Shown: piece by piece, positions 1-11,442 of the stretch | Position numbering within the stretch: position 1 is the stretch's first letter | Layout: each line of letters starts with the position of its first letter | NCBI GenBank assembly: GCA_021778635.1 | Contig: JAJYCD010000002.1 | Location: 13,970 to 77,969 of the forward strand | DNA: 64,000 nucleotides | Source: Actinomycetes bacterium | Lineage (GTDB): Bacteria > Actinomycetota > Actinomycetes > Actinomycetales > Cellulomonadaceae | Direction: 5' to 3' | Notes under the pieces: model-generated | Seen by the model: the letters and a program-made list of their open reading frames with translations, nothing else | Told to the model about the DNA's origin: nothing | Database searches by the model: none | Position numbers and translations under genes: made by a program

Positions 1-134
1 CGGCGATCGGCCTGTCGACCGACCTGCCGGGACTACGCAACGCCGGCCATCGACCACTGGTGCTCGGTGCCGCGCTGTGGGTCGTCGTCTCCGTCACGAG
101 CCTTGTCCTCCAGCGCGTGACCGGCCTCGGCTGA
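1..134 (+). CDS. C-terminal fragment of an integral membrane protein (YeiH/UPF0324-like), cut by the window edge
   Basis: Reading from nt 3 gives AIGLSTDLPGLRNAGHRPLVLGAALWVVVSVTSLVLQRVTGLG, then TGA at 132-134. The tail is a hydrophobic helix. The family call is from memory only. Confidence 0.35.
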   Translation, partial: AIGLSTDLPGLRNAGHRPLVLGAALWVVVSVTSLVLQRVTGLG

Positions 135-260
135 CACGCTCCGCACCGACACCCCGGGCCGCCGGCTGCCGTCGACCGGGACGTAGCGGTGCCCGTGCCC
201 GCGCCGACCTGCACGATCGCCGCTACGCTCGATGTGAGCTGATCTCGAGCTGGAGGCGCA

Positions 261-695
261 ATGGCGCGATCGAGCATCCTCGACCGTTTCCGTCCCGTGG
301 GCGCCCCGGGGCCGGCAGGTCCGGCGGGGGTTCCGTCCAAGGACGTCCCAGGTTACGTCACCGAGCTCGCTCCGGTCTTTGCCGAGCTGGCGACCGACAT
401 CGAGGCGTGCCGCTCCCTGGTCGAGGACGCGCGCCGGCGGGCCGAGGCCGCGGTGGGACAGGCGCGCGCAGACGCCACGGCCGAGATCGCCCGGGCGCGA
501 CGAGAGGCACCGGCCGCGCGGGCGGCTGCCGCGGCAGCGGTCACCGAGGCTGCCGCGCAGCACGACGCCTTCGCGATCGCAGCCGCGCAGGAGGCGGGCC
601 GCGCCATCGAGTCGTCGAGCACCGCGCGACTACCCGGCCTCGTCCGGGACGTCGTCGAGCGGCTCCTTCGGGATCAGCTCGGAGAGGCTCGATGA
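261..695 (+). CDS. putative peripheral-stalk (G/H-like) subunit of the A/V-type ATPase
   Basis: 144 aa; the ATG is preceded by GGAGG. It has an Ala/Glu/Arg-rich helical segment (ARRRAEAAVGQARADATAEIARARREA) typical of stator-stalk subunits. It is the first cistron, ending 6 nt before subunit C. Confidence 0.5.
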   Translation: MARSSILDRFRPVGAPGPAGPAGVPSKDVPGYVTELAPVFAELATDIEACRSLVEDARRRAEAAVGQARADATAEIARARREAPAARAAAAAAVTEAAAQHDAFAIAAAQEAGRAIESSSTARLPGLVRDVVERLLRDQLGEAR

Positions 696-701
696 GCCGA
701 G

Positions 702-1614
702 GTGAGCGCCGACTGGGTTGCTGCGACGGTCCGAGCACGGGCCCTTGCCCGCCGCCGCGCCGGTGTGGGTGCGAGCGCCGTCATCGCTCGCGCGGCAACC
801 CTGCGCGACGGGCTGGCCGTGCTCGTCGGAACCGCCTACGAGTCACGGTTGGCCGACGTGACCGACATGGTCGCCGTGGAGCGGGCGACTGACGAGACCG
901 TTCTCTGGCAGCTCCGCGTGCTCGCAGGATGGCTGCCGGCCACGGCGTCGCGACTCTGCCGGAACGCCGCCGCGGCGTTCGAGCGGGACAACCTCGTCGC
1001 GCTCGCAGCGCAGCTCGCCGGCGGACGAGCCGCGCCCGAGGCCTTCGACCTGGGTTCGCTCGGCACCGCATGGCCCAGGCTGAGCACGTCCGGCTCCACC
1101 GCCGAGCTGTACGCGGGGCTCGCCCGCTCACCCTGGGGCGCCGTCGGCGCCGAGGACGCTACCGCGCTTCGGGACCTGCTGACCGTGGTCTGGTTCCGTC
1201 GACTCGCCGACACCGCCGCTGCGGCGCGACCCTGGGCACAGAACGGCGCCGCACTCGTCGCCACCCGGATCGTGCTCGTCGACCGGGTCGAACCGCCGCC
1301 CCGGTTGCGCCGCCTGCTTCGACCACTGATCGGATCGGCGTGGGAGAGCGCAGCGGATCTCGAGGCGATGCGGGCCGCCCTCCCCCGTTCGACGGGTGCG
1401 GTGCTCGCCGGGATCGAGACGCCCACCGACCTGTGGCGGGCGGAGGCACGCGCCGCGATCGCCGTCGAGACGGACGCGTTCCGGCTCCTGCGGTCCGCGC
1501 TCCCCGGTCCAGACGCCGTGCTGGGCGCTCTCGCAGTGCTGGCGACGGACGCCTGGCGGGTGCGCGCCGCGCTCGCGTCGGCGTCGCTCGGGTCCGGTCG
1601 CAGCGAGGTGCTCG

Positions 1615-1628
<14 letters not shown>
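702..1628 (+). CDS. atpC: A/V-type ATPase subunit C (d/AC39-like)
   Basis: 308 aa from a GTG start. Length, helical composition and operon position match the C/d subunit. Its stop overlaps the start of subunit I. Confidence 0.65.
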
Positions 1629-3367
<1,739 letters not shown>

Positions 3368-3368
<1 letters not shown>

Positions 3369-3607
3369 TGGCGCCCAGGATGACACGAGGGACGGTCGTG
3401 GCCCTCGGTGAACCCGCCCGCGTCGAGGGCTACCGGCTCGCGGGCGCCGCAGTTCACACCGCCGACACCGCGGACGCCGCGCGCGCGGCGTGGCGCGACC
3501 TCCCGGACGGGATCGCTCTCGTCGTGCTGACCGACAGCGCCGCGCGGGCACTCGGGACGGCTGCGTTCGCCCCGGACGCCCCGCTGACGGTCGTGATCCC
3601 GTCATGA
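3368..3607 (+). CDS. atpF: A/V-type ATPase subunit F
   Basis: 79 aa. The ATG at 3368 overlaps the atpK stop. The pattern VVALGEPARVEGYRLAG...IALVVLTD is typical of V-ATPase F. Confidence 0.7.
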
Positions 3608-4128
3608 GCGCGCTCCCCCGCACGTCGCTCGCGTCGCTCGCACCGACCCGGGCTGCGCTGCGCGCGGCGGCCGAAGCCGAGTCCGCCCGCGTGCTGGCGC
3701 AGGCAGATGCCGACGTGGCGGAGCTGCTCGAGGATGCTCACCGCGAGTCCGGCCGCATCCGTGCCGACGCCGCAGCCGACGGTGCCGCAGTCGCGCGCGG
3801 CTCCGCTGCGCTCCGCTCGGCGCGGACGCGTCGCGAGGCCCACGAGATCGTCCTCGCCCAGCAGAACGCGGTCTACACCACGCTCGTCTCCGAGGTGCGC
3901 ACGGCCGTCTCTGCCCTCCGCTCCGATCCGTGCTATCCGGACCTGCTCGATCGGCTCAGCGCGCACGCGCGGGCGCTTCTCGGGCCACGGGCGGTGGTGA
4001 CGGAGAGTCCGGCGGGAGGGATCGTCGCCGAGCGGGGATCGAGACGGCTCGACCTCTCGCTGCCCACCGTCGCAGAGGCGACCCTCGGGACGATGGCATC
4101 GGAGGTGAGCGCGCTGTGGACGCCATGA
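3604..4128 (+). CDS. atpE: A/V-type ATPase subunit E
   Basis: 174 aa with an ATGA overlap with atpF. It has a long N-terminal helix (AEAESARVLAQADADVAELLEDAHRES) plus a globular C-terminus, as in subunit E. Confidence 0.7.
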   Translation: MSALPRTSLASLAPTRAALRAAAEAESARVLAQADADVAELLEDAHRESGRIRADAAADGAAVARGSAALRSARTRREAHEIVLAQQNAVYTTLVSEVRTAVSALRSDPCYPDLLDRLSAHARALLGPRAVVTESPAGGIVAERGSRRLDLSLPTVAEATLGTMASEVSALWTP

Positions 4129-5900
4129 CGGCGACCGTCTCGGGCGCAGCGCGAGGCGCGCGCGAGCACGGGCGCGCGGGGGTCGTGATCCGGGTGAACG
4201 GGCCGCTGGTCGAGGTCGAGGGCGTCGACGGGATCGCGATGCTCGAGCTGGTCGCTCTCGGCCCGGCGCGCGTCACGGCGGCCACCGTCGCGATCGCCGG
4301 CGAGCGCGCGACGCTGCAGGCGTACGAGTACACGGGCGGGCTGCAGGTCGGCGACCGCGCCGAGGCCACGGGCCGGCAGCTCTCCGGGCTCTTCGGTCCG
4401 GGGCTGCTCGGCCAGGTCTTCGACGGGCTGATGCGACCGTTGTCCTCCGCGCCGATCTGGCTCACGGCAGACCGAGCGCCGGCGATCGAGGACGCCGAGA
4501 CCGTCGCCCGTGCCTGGCGGTTCGCTCCGACCGCCGCGATCGGCACGACCGTGTCGCCGGGCGACGTGCTGGGAGTCGTGCCGGACGCCGGTTCTGTCGA
4601 GCACCGCGTCCTCGTCCCCTCGGACGCGAGCGGAGTGCTCACGTGGATCGCGCCCGAGGGCGAGCGGTGCGTCGTGGACGTCGTCGCGCGCATCGGAGAC
4701 CGCGAGGTCCGACTCGGGGAGCCGTGGCCGGTGCGAGTCCCGCGACCGTTCCGCAACCGCCCGGCGGGCTCGGTGCCCCTGCACACCGGGCAGCGTGTTC
4801 TCGACCTCCTGTACCCCGTGGCACGAGGCGCCGCGGCGGCCGTGCCCGGCGGCTTCGGCACGGGCAAGACGGTGCTCCTGCAGCAGATCGCCAAGTGGAG
4901 CGACGCCGACGTGATCGTGTACGTCGGGTGCGGCGAGCGTGGGAACGAGATGGCCGACGTCCTCGACGGCCTGTCACAGCTCGTCGACGCCCGAACCGGC
5001 GGGCGACTGATCGACCGAACCGTCATCATCGCGAACACCTCGAACATGCCGATGATGGCGCGCGAGGCCAGCATCTACAGCGGGGTGAGCGTCGCCGAGT
5101 TCTACCGGGACATGGGGTACGACGTCGTCGTCATCGCCGACTCGACGTCGCGCTGGGCCGAGGCGCTGCGCGAGTTCGCGAACCGGAACGGTGACCTGCC
5201 CGCCGAGGACGGGTACCCTGCGGATCTCGCGTCGGAGCTCGCGGCGTTCTACGAGCGCGCCGGTCGGGTGACCACCCTCGGTGGCGCCGAGGCGTCGGTC
5301 ACGGTCATCGGCGCCGTGTCACCCCCAGGGGGGGACCTCACCGAGCCCGTGACGACCGATACGCAACGCTTCATCCGGGCACTGTGGCTCCTCGACCGCG
5401 ACCTTGCCTACTCACGCCACTATCCCGCGGTGAGCTGGACCGGCTCGTTCGCGCGCGACGTCGTCGACCTCGGGTCGTGGCACGTGGCGAACGGAGACCC
5501 CGGGTGGCCCGTTCGGCGCGCCCGCGCGACGGCTCTGCTCGCGGAGGCCGATCGGCTGAGTGCACTCGCCGAGATCGTGGGGCCGAGCTCGTTGCCGGGA
5601 CACGAGCGCATGGTCCTGCTCGGCGGGCGGCTGCTGCGTGACGGGGTACTCATGCAGAACGCCCTGAGCGCGAACGACGGCTTCTGCAGCGCCGCGAAGG
5701 GCGCGGCTCTCCTCGACATGGTCCTGACGGTGGTCGACGCGTGCGAACGCCTCATCGAGAGCGGCGTCGCCGCGACCACCATCGAGCAGGCGGATCACGG
5801 CCTCGTGCTCCGCGCGAGGGAGGAGACGGGCCCGGACGACGCCGACGCGGTGCGTGAGCGCTCCCTCGAGGCTCTGCGGTTGCTCGAGGAGCTCCGATGA
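4125..5900 (+). CDS. atpA: A/V-type ATPase catalytic subunit A
   Basis: 591 aa with an ATGA overlap. It has Walker A PGGFGTGKTV, then GERGNEM, IANTSNMPMMAREASIY and SRWAEALRE, which are hallmark A-subunit motifs. Confidence 0.95.
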   Translation: MTATVSGAARGAREHGRAGVVIRVNGPLVEVEGVDGIAMLELVALGPARVTAATVAIAGERATLQAYEYTGGLQVGDRAEATGRQLSGLFGPGLLGQVFDGLMRPLSSAPIWLTADRAPAIEDAETVARAWRFAPTAAIGTTVSPGDVLGVVPDAGSVEHRVLVPSDASGVLTWIAPEGERCVVDVVARIGDREVRLGEPWPVRVPRPFRNRPAGSVPLHTGQRVLDLLYPVARGAAAAVPGGFGTGKTVLLQQIAKWSDADVIVYVGCGERGNEMADVLDGLSQLVDARTGGRLIDRTVIIANTSNMPMMAREASIYSGVSVAEFYRDMGYDVVVIADSTSRWAEALREFANRNGDLPAEDGYPADLASELAAFYERAGRVTTLGGAEASVTVIGAVSPPGGDLTEPVTTDTQRFIRALWLLDRDLAYSRHYPAVSWTGSFARDVVDLGSWHVANGDPGWPVRRARATALLAEADRLSALAEIVGPSSLPGHERMVLLGGRLLRDGVLMQNALSANDGFCSAAKGAALLDMVLTVVDACERLIESGVAATTIEQADHGLVLRAREETGPDDADAVRERSLEALRLLEELR

Positions 5901-7363
5901 CCGCGACCAACCCGCTTCCCGCAGCCGCCTCGATCCCTGCGGCGCCGGGACGTCCGAGCCATCCGGAGACGGATCCCCGCCTCGAGGCACAGGTGTCCTA
6001 CGGCGACGTGCGAGAGCTGCGCGGACCTCTGCTCGTTCTCGGCGATGTCGACGGCGTCGGGTGGGACGAGTTCGCCACGGTCGAGACCCCTGACGGGGCC
6101 AGGCACGGCCTCGTGCTCGAGGTAGATCGAGACCGCGTGACGGTACAGGTGCTCGAGAGCACGGACGGCTTGGCGCCGGGTGAGGTGCGCGTCCGGTTCG
6201 CCGGGCGACCGCTCGAGATCGTCGTCGGGCCTGGCTGGCTCGGACGCGTGTGCAACGGGCGCGGGGAACCCCTCGACGGGGGTCCACCGGTCACCGGCAC
6301 CACCACCATGCCCGTCTCCGGCTGGCCTCTCAATCCCGTGCACCGCGAGCCACCGCACGAGCCCGTGCTCACCGGCATCTCGGTCATCGACGCCCTCACG
6401 ACGCTCGTGCGCGGACAGAAGCTCCCCATCTTCTCCGTCCCCGGCATGCCCCACCTCACCCTCGCGACACAGATCGCCGCCCAGGCCACCTCGAAAGGCG
6501 CAGGGTTCCGCGTGGTCTTCGCGGCGATGGGGATGACGCACGCCGACATCGCCTACGTCCGGGACCGTCTCGAGGAGCGGTCCGCCGCCGGGGAGCTCGT
6601 CCTGCTGCTCAACGCCGCCGACGACCCGGTGATCGAACGGATCCTGACTCCGCGGATCGCTCTGACGATCGCCGAGGAGCTCGCCTACGTCGAGGGCCAC
6701 GACGTGCTCGTGATCATGTCCGACATGACGTCCTACGCCGAGGCGGTCCGCGAGGTGTCCGCCGCCCGCCGGGAGATCCCGGCGCGACGTGGGTACCCCG
6801 GCTACCTCTACAGCGACCTGGCGAGCCTGTACGAGCGGTGCGGACGGATCCGCGGCCGACCCGGCTCCGTCACGATCCTGCCGGTCCTGACCATGCCTGC
6901 GGGTGACATCACGCACCCGGTCCCCGATCTCACCGGTTACATCACCGAGGGGCAGATCGTCCTGTCGCCCGAGGTCGACGCGCGCGGTGTGTACCCACCC
7001 GTGGACGTGCTCTCCTCGCTGTCCCGACTCATGCGGAGCGGTGCCGGACCCGACCGCACCCGGGAGGACCACCTCGACGTCGCCGCCCAGGTCATGGCAT
7101 CTCTCGCGCGCGCCCGCCAGGCGGCCGAGCTTGCGGAGCTGGTCGGCTCTGCGGCGTTGAGCGAGACGGACCGCAGCTATCTGGCCTATCAGGGTGTCGT
7201 CGAGCACCGGCTGTTCGACCAGGGTGCCGACGAGCTGCGGTCGCTCGACGACACCCTCGGACGTGCCTGGGCTGCTCTCGCGGAGCTGCCTGAGCGCGAG
7301 CTCACGATGCTCCCGACGACATTCCTCGACCGCTTCCTTTCCGCCCGAACGGAGACACCATGA
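5897..7363 (+). CDS. atpB: A/V-type ATPase subunit B
   Basis: 488 aa with an ATGA overlap. Motifs: RGQKLPIFS, SDMTSYAEAVREVSAARREIPARRGYPGYLYSDLASLYERCG and TEGQIVLS. Confidence 0.95.
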   Translation: MTATNPLPAAASIPAAPGRPSHPETDPRLEAQVSYGDVRELRGPLLVLGDVDGVGWDEFATVETPDGARHGLVLEVDRDRVTVQVLESTDGLAPGEVRVRFAGRPLEIVVGPGWLGRVCNGRGEPLDGGPPVTGTTTMPVSGWPLNPVHREPPHEPVLTGISVIDALTTLVRGQKLPIFSVPGMPHLTLATQIAAQATSKGAGFRVVFAAMGMTHADIAYVRDRLEERSAAGELVLLLNAADDPVIERILTPRIALTIAEELAYVEGHDVLVIMSDMTSYAEAVREVSAARREIPARRGYPGYLYSDLASLYERCGRIRGRPGSVTILPVLTMPAGDITHPVPDLTGYITEGQIVLSPEVDARGVYPPVDVLSSLSRLMRSGAGPDRTREDHLDVAAQVMASLARARQAAELAELVGSAALSETDRSYLAYQGVVEHRLFDQGADELRSLDDTLGRAWAALAELPERELTMLPTTFLDRFLSARTETP

Positions 7364-7998
7364 CCGACACCGGGCGTGCCGGGCGCATGCGGCTCGAGCG
7401 CCGACTCCTCATCGCACGGCACGGCGCCGACCTCTTGGATCGCAAGCGACAGATCATGACCGACGAGCTCGAACGGCTCCAGCTCAACGCCGAGCGCGTC
7501 TCGGACTCGTGGTCGACGCGCGCCCGGGACGCCTCGACGTGGCTGCAGCGGGCGTCGGCGCTCGACGGGCACGGCAGGATCCAGGAGGTCGCACCGGCCC
7601 CGCCGGCCCAGGTGGAGATCATCTGGAGCGGTGCGATGGGGGTGGCCTTCCCCGACAGCGCGTCGTGCGACATCCCGGCGATGGCGGGTCGTGGCGGCTC
7701 CTCGGCGCTCGTCTACGCCGCGGCAGGCCACCGGGACGCACTCATGGCCGGCGCGCGGTGCGCCGCCGCCGAGCGCGCCGTCCGCCTCGTGCAGACCGAG
7801 CTCGACGCCACTCGGCTGCGGCAGCGCGCCGTCGAGCACCGCTGGATCCCTCGCCTCGAGCGCGAGCTCGACGCGATCCGCCGGCGGCTCGCCGAGCAGG
7901 AGCTCGAGGAGGCGCTGCGGCTCCGTTGGGCGGCGGACCTGCACGGCGGCGCGACCGAGCCGAACACACGCAGCACCGACGCGGGCGGTGCGCGGTGA
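7360..7998 (+). CDS. atpD: A/V-type ATPase subunit D (central stalk)
   Basis: 212 aa with an ATGA overlap. The N-terminus RMRLERRLLIARHGADLLDRKRQIMTDEL and the C-terminal coiled coil are typical of subunit D. Confidence 0.85.
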   Translation: MTDTGRAGRMRLERRLLIARHGADLLDRKRQIMTDELERLQLNAERVSDSWSTRARDASTWLQRASALDGHGRIQEVAPAPPAQVEIIWSGAMGVAFPDSASCDIPAMAGRGGSSALVYAAAGHRDALMAGARCAAAERAVRLVQTELDATRLRQRAVEHRWIPRLERELDAIRRRLAEQELEEALRLRWAADLHGGATEPNTRSTDAGGAR

Positions 7999-8453
7999 CC
8001 GATCTTGTCCTGGTTGCGGTGAGCGACTCCTCTGCGGCCTTCGCCGCCGCTGAGGTCGCCGTCGAGTGTGCGGCTCGCCTCCATGCGCCGCTGCACGCAC
8101 TCAGCGTCCTCGGGTCCGGAGAGCTCGACGAACCCCTCGACGGTGTGGACCACCTGAACCTGGTCCGCGACGAGGCTGCGAGCGCGGCCCTGCGACACGT
8201 CGCGACACTGTGCGCGGCGGCGGACGTCGCATGCACCGGGATCCGCCGTCGCGGGAACGTGGCGGCTCAGATCCTTCAGTACGCCCACGAGGCCGGCGCG
8301 ACCGTGATCGTCATGGCCTGCGTCGACCGACCCGGCCGTACCTTGCCGTACGTCGGCAGCGAGACGCTCCGCGTCCTCGAGTTCGCCACGGTCCCCGTGC
8401 TCGTCGTACCGGTCCACCGCGACTCCCGCAGGCGCACGAGCCTGTCGCGCTGA
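7995..8453 (+). CDS. universal stress protein (UspA family), translationally coupled to atpD
   Basis: 152 aa. The GTG at 7995 overlaps the atpD stop (GTGA). Motifs: VLVAVSDS...AQILQYAHEAGATVIVMA...GSETLRVLEFATVPVLVVP. The longer track ORF (7194..) is out-of-frame read-through. Confidence 0.8.
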   Translation: MTDLVLVAVSDSSAAFAAAEVAVECAARLHAPLHALSVLGSGELDEPLDGVDHLNLVRDEAASAALRHVATLCAAADVACTGIRRRGNVAAQILQYAHEAGATVIVMACVDRPGRTLPYVGSETLRVLEFATVPVLVVPVHRDSRRRTSLSR

Positions 8454-8661
8454 CGTGCGCTCTCGGCGAGCACCAGCACACCGGTCATCCCTCACGATCG
8501 TCCGAGGACCGACGTGACGTCAGCTCGCCGGCGCCGGTGTCGGTTCGCGCCGGCCTCCCAGCGTGGTCCCGTAACCTCCACGTCAAGATCCCCGCGGTGG
8601 CCGCGATCACGAACGCCAGCAGACTCCTGCGTCCACCTCGCACCGAAGGAGGCTCTCGCCG

Positions 8662-9636
8662 ATGTCCGATGACCCGGCGTCCGTGAGCGCATCGCCCTAC
8701 GAGGAGGATCGATCGCCAGGCTCCGGCGTCGACTCCGACGGCGCGACCCACGCCACCGAGCGCAGCATCGGACGGCGCGCCTTCCTCGGAGTCATCGGCG
8801 TCGGAATCGCGGCAGCGGCCGTCGCCGCCGCCGACGCGTTCCTGTCGCCGCGTGGACCGGCGCCAGTGACCGCAGGCACCGGCACGGTGACCGGGCTCCT
8901 CGCCACCGCGCACTTCTCGGTGGCTCATCGCGGTTGTGATCGTTCGTGGCCGGAGATGAGCCTGTACGCCTACGAGAAGGCGGTCGCGGTCGGCTTCGAC
9001 GCTCTCGAGATCTCGCTGGCCCGCACCGCCGACGGAGTCTGGTTCGGCCTCCACGACGACACGCTCGACCGGACCTCCGGCGTCGTCCAGAAGCGAGCCA
9101 GCATGATGACCTGGGCCCAGGTCCAGGAGTACCGGATCCGCGGGTCGAACGCCGTGGACGATCCGTCCCAGCCTGACCGACCGTACATGCGATGGGAGGA
9201 GCTCACTGATCGGTACTACGGGTCGCGCGTGATCTTCATCGACCCGAAGTCTGCTGGTGTGCACGCGGCCGAGCTGCTGACCAGGATGGACGCCCTCGCC
9301 GGAACACCTCAGGATCATCTGGTGTGCAAGGGCTACGGCATCTCAGGCAACTCCCAGAACACCACCGGGTGGGCGCGTGATGCGGCGGAGCACGGATATC
9401 GCAGATGGGGATACTTCTACGGCTCGGACATCCCGCACCTCGCGGAGTACGAGGCCCGATGGGACATCCTCGGCATGGACTACTCCGCTGGAGACTCGGC
9501 ATGGTCGGCCGTACGAGCCTTCGGCAAGCCGGTGATCGGGCATGTCGTGCCCTCCACCGCGGCGGCCGATGCCGCGCTCGCCAAGGGTGCTGCCGGCGTC
9601 GTCGCGTCAGACGCGTCGGTTCATTCTGGTCGCTGA
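8662..9636 (+). CDS. secreted glycerophosphodiester phosphodiesterase (GDPD) family protein
   Basis: 324 aa; GAAGGAGG lies 9 nt upstream. It has a Tat-like signal (RRAFLGVIGVGIAAAAVAAADA) and the GDPD motifs AHRG...E..LA.TADGVWFGLHDDTLDRTS. Confidence 0.75.
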   Translation: MSDDPASVSASPYEEDRSPGSGVDSDGATHATERSIGRRAFLGVIGVGIAAAAVAAADAFLSPRGPAPVTAGTGTVTGLLATAHFSVAHRGCDRSWPEMSLYAYEKAVAVGFDALEISLARTADGVWFGLHDDTLDRTSGVVQKRASMMTWAQVQEYRIRGSNAVDDPSQPDRPYMRWEELTDRYYGSRVIFIDPKSAGVHAAELLTRMDALAGTPQDHLVCKGYGISGNSQNTTGWARDAAEHGYRRWGYFYGSDIPHLAEYEARWDILGMDYSAGDSAWSAVRAFGKPVIGHVVPSTAAADAALAKGAAGVVASDASVHSGR

Positions 9637-9858
9637 TCCAGGATCTCGGATTCGCGGTGAGGACGTGCGCCACAGCGGTCGCCGTCAACCACGCGGTCAC
9701 TGTCGGCGTACCCTCGCGCAGCCTGGCCGACGTCGCCGCCCTCGGCGTGCCCCGGCGCCTTGCACCCGCCGACGGGCGATCCGTGCGCTCGAGCTCGCCA
9801 CGTCTCCGCTGCTCGTCCCGCCCGGCCACCGCGCTGCCTGGCGAGGACCGCCCGCCCC

Positions 9859-11241
9859 TCAGTCCCGATCCCCCAGGTTCGCGGCCTTCCGGCGCGCCGC
9901 GTCGTGTCGACGCAGCGCCTCGAGCCGTTCCGCAGCGTGGTCGACGATCCGACGCGGATAGCCGTGCGCCAACCCTCCCGGAACGTCCCACGGGCGGTGC
10001 ACTGCCCGGCCGGCGACGTGCGCGAGCTCCGGCACGTACCGGCGCACGTAGTCGCCGTCCGGATCGAATCGCTCCCCCTGCAGCACCGGGTTGAACACCC
10101 GGACGTACGGTGCCGCATCCGTGCCGGTCCCGGCGACCCACTGCCACCCGTGGGTGTTGGAGGCGATGTCGCCGTCGCGCAGGCGGGACAGGAAGTAGCG
10201 GGCGCCGTGCGGCCACCACACGTGCAGGTCCTTGACGAGGAAGCTCGCGGTCACCATCCGGACCCGATTGTGCATCCAGCCCTCGCGCGCCAGCTGGCGC
10301 ATGCCCGCGTCGACGAAGGGATAGCCCGTTCGCCCCTCCCGCCACGCCGTGACAACCGGCTGGTCCGGGTCGTCGTAGACCATCTCGGCCAGGTCGGTCC
10401 GCAGGTCCGTCCAGGCAGACTCGGGCTCGTGCCACAGCACGTCGGCGTAGAACTCGCGCCAGCACAGCTCGTCGACGAAGCTCGCCACGTCGATCCCGAT
10501 CGACGACCGCGCGGCCAGGTCCGCCAGCATCGTGCGCGGATGGATCGTGCCGAACCGGAGCTGGGCGGACATCCCCGAGGTCCCGTCGACGTCCGGCCGG
10601 TCGCGCATCGCACCGTAGTCCGCAATACCGCGTTCGAGGAACTCGTGCCAACGCGAGTGTGCCTGCTGCTCGCCGACCGAGGGTGCCCCATCCGGACCGC
10701 GACCCGCGTCGAAGGCAGGCACGGTGTCGGAGCTCGCGCCACGGTGCCAACGCAACCCGGTCGGCACGTCGGCCGGACGCGGCCACCCGTGCTCGCGCCA
10801 TGCCCGGGCGAACGGCGTGTAGACGCGATACGGGCTGCCGTTCGCCTTGAGCACCCGTCCGGGCGTCACGGCGTACGGACTCCCCGTCGCCACCATCGGC
10901 ACACCGACCGGAAGCGCAGCGCGAACCCGGTCGTCGCGTCGACGTCCGTACGGCGTCGTCTCCGCGCTCACGTGCACGGACGTGGCCCCTACCTCGCGCA
11001 CGAGTGCCGGAAGCACCTCCGTCGGATCGCCGCACCGGATCACGAGAGCTCCCTCGTACACCTCGCCGAGGTTCGCCAGCGCGCCGACGAGCGCGTCCGC
11101 ACGACGTGAGTCGCCGAGCAGCCGCGGGTCGGCGACGAAGACGGGAAGCACGCCGCCCGCACCGGACGACTCGTGGGCCGAGACCAGCGCCGGGTGGTCA
11201 CGCAGGCGAAGGTCCCGCCGGAGCCACAGGACGCTCGTCAT
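9859..11241 (-). CDS. phr: deoxyribodipyrimidine photolyase (class I CPD photolyase/cryptochrome family)
   Basis: 460 aa. Motifs: VLWLRRDLRLRDHPAL, TSGMSAQLRFG, WREFY, GWMHNRVRMVTASFLVKDL, ASNTHGWQWVAGTGTDAAPY. Confidence 0.9.
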   Translation of the reverse strand: MTSVLWLRRDLRLRDHPALVSAHESSGAGGVLPVFVADPRLLGDSRRADALVGALANLGEVYEGALVIRCGDPTEVLPALVREVGATSVHVSAETTPYGRRRDDRVRAALPVGVPMVATGSPYAVTPGRVLKANGSPYRVYTPFARAWREHGWPRPADVPTGLRWHRGASSDTVPAFDAGRGPDGAPSVGEQQAHSRWHEFLERGIADYGAMRDRPDVDGTSGMSAQLRFGTIHPRTMLADLAARSSIGIDVASFVDELCWREFYADVLWHEPESAWTDLRTDLAEMVYDDPDQPVVTAWREGRTGYPFVDAGMRQLAREGWMHNRVRMVTASFLVKDLHVWWPHGARYFLSRLRDGDIASNTHGWQWVAGTGTDAAPYVRVFNPVLQGERFDPDGDYVRRYVPELAHVAGRAVHRPWDVPGGLAHGYPRRIVDHAAERLEALRRHDAARRKAANLGDRD

Positions 11242-11442
11242 GGGCCGAGCCTAGGTCGTCGCGGACGCGTGCTGCCGGTCGGCGTCGCGATTCCGACGTC
11301 GCCGTCGGCCCGCACCCGCGCGTCTCGGCCCAGCATCCGATCGGTTCGCTGTCAGGATGCTCGCAGCAAACCACGGCACCCTGTCCTGGACACCTCGACC
11401 AGCACGGGGAGGCGACGAAGGGACGAGGAGTTGGCAAGCAGC

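Noticed and set aside
9236-11035. Long ORFs 9236..11035(-), 9760..11109(+), 13024..14970(+), 29540..31537(-), 43023..44981(+), 49268..51649(+) and 16401..18086(+).
   Set aside because: Each is an alternative frame or the opposite strand of a gene with clear family motifs (photolyase, UbiA/DprE2, UbiB, Der, ParA/XerD, coiled-coil protein). The compositions are Arg/Pro-rich, so these are high-GC frame artefacts.
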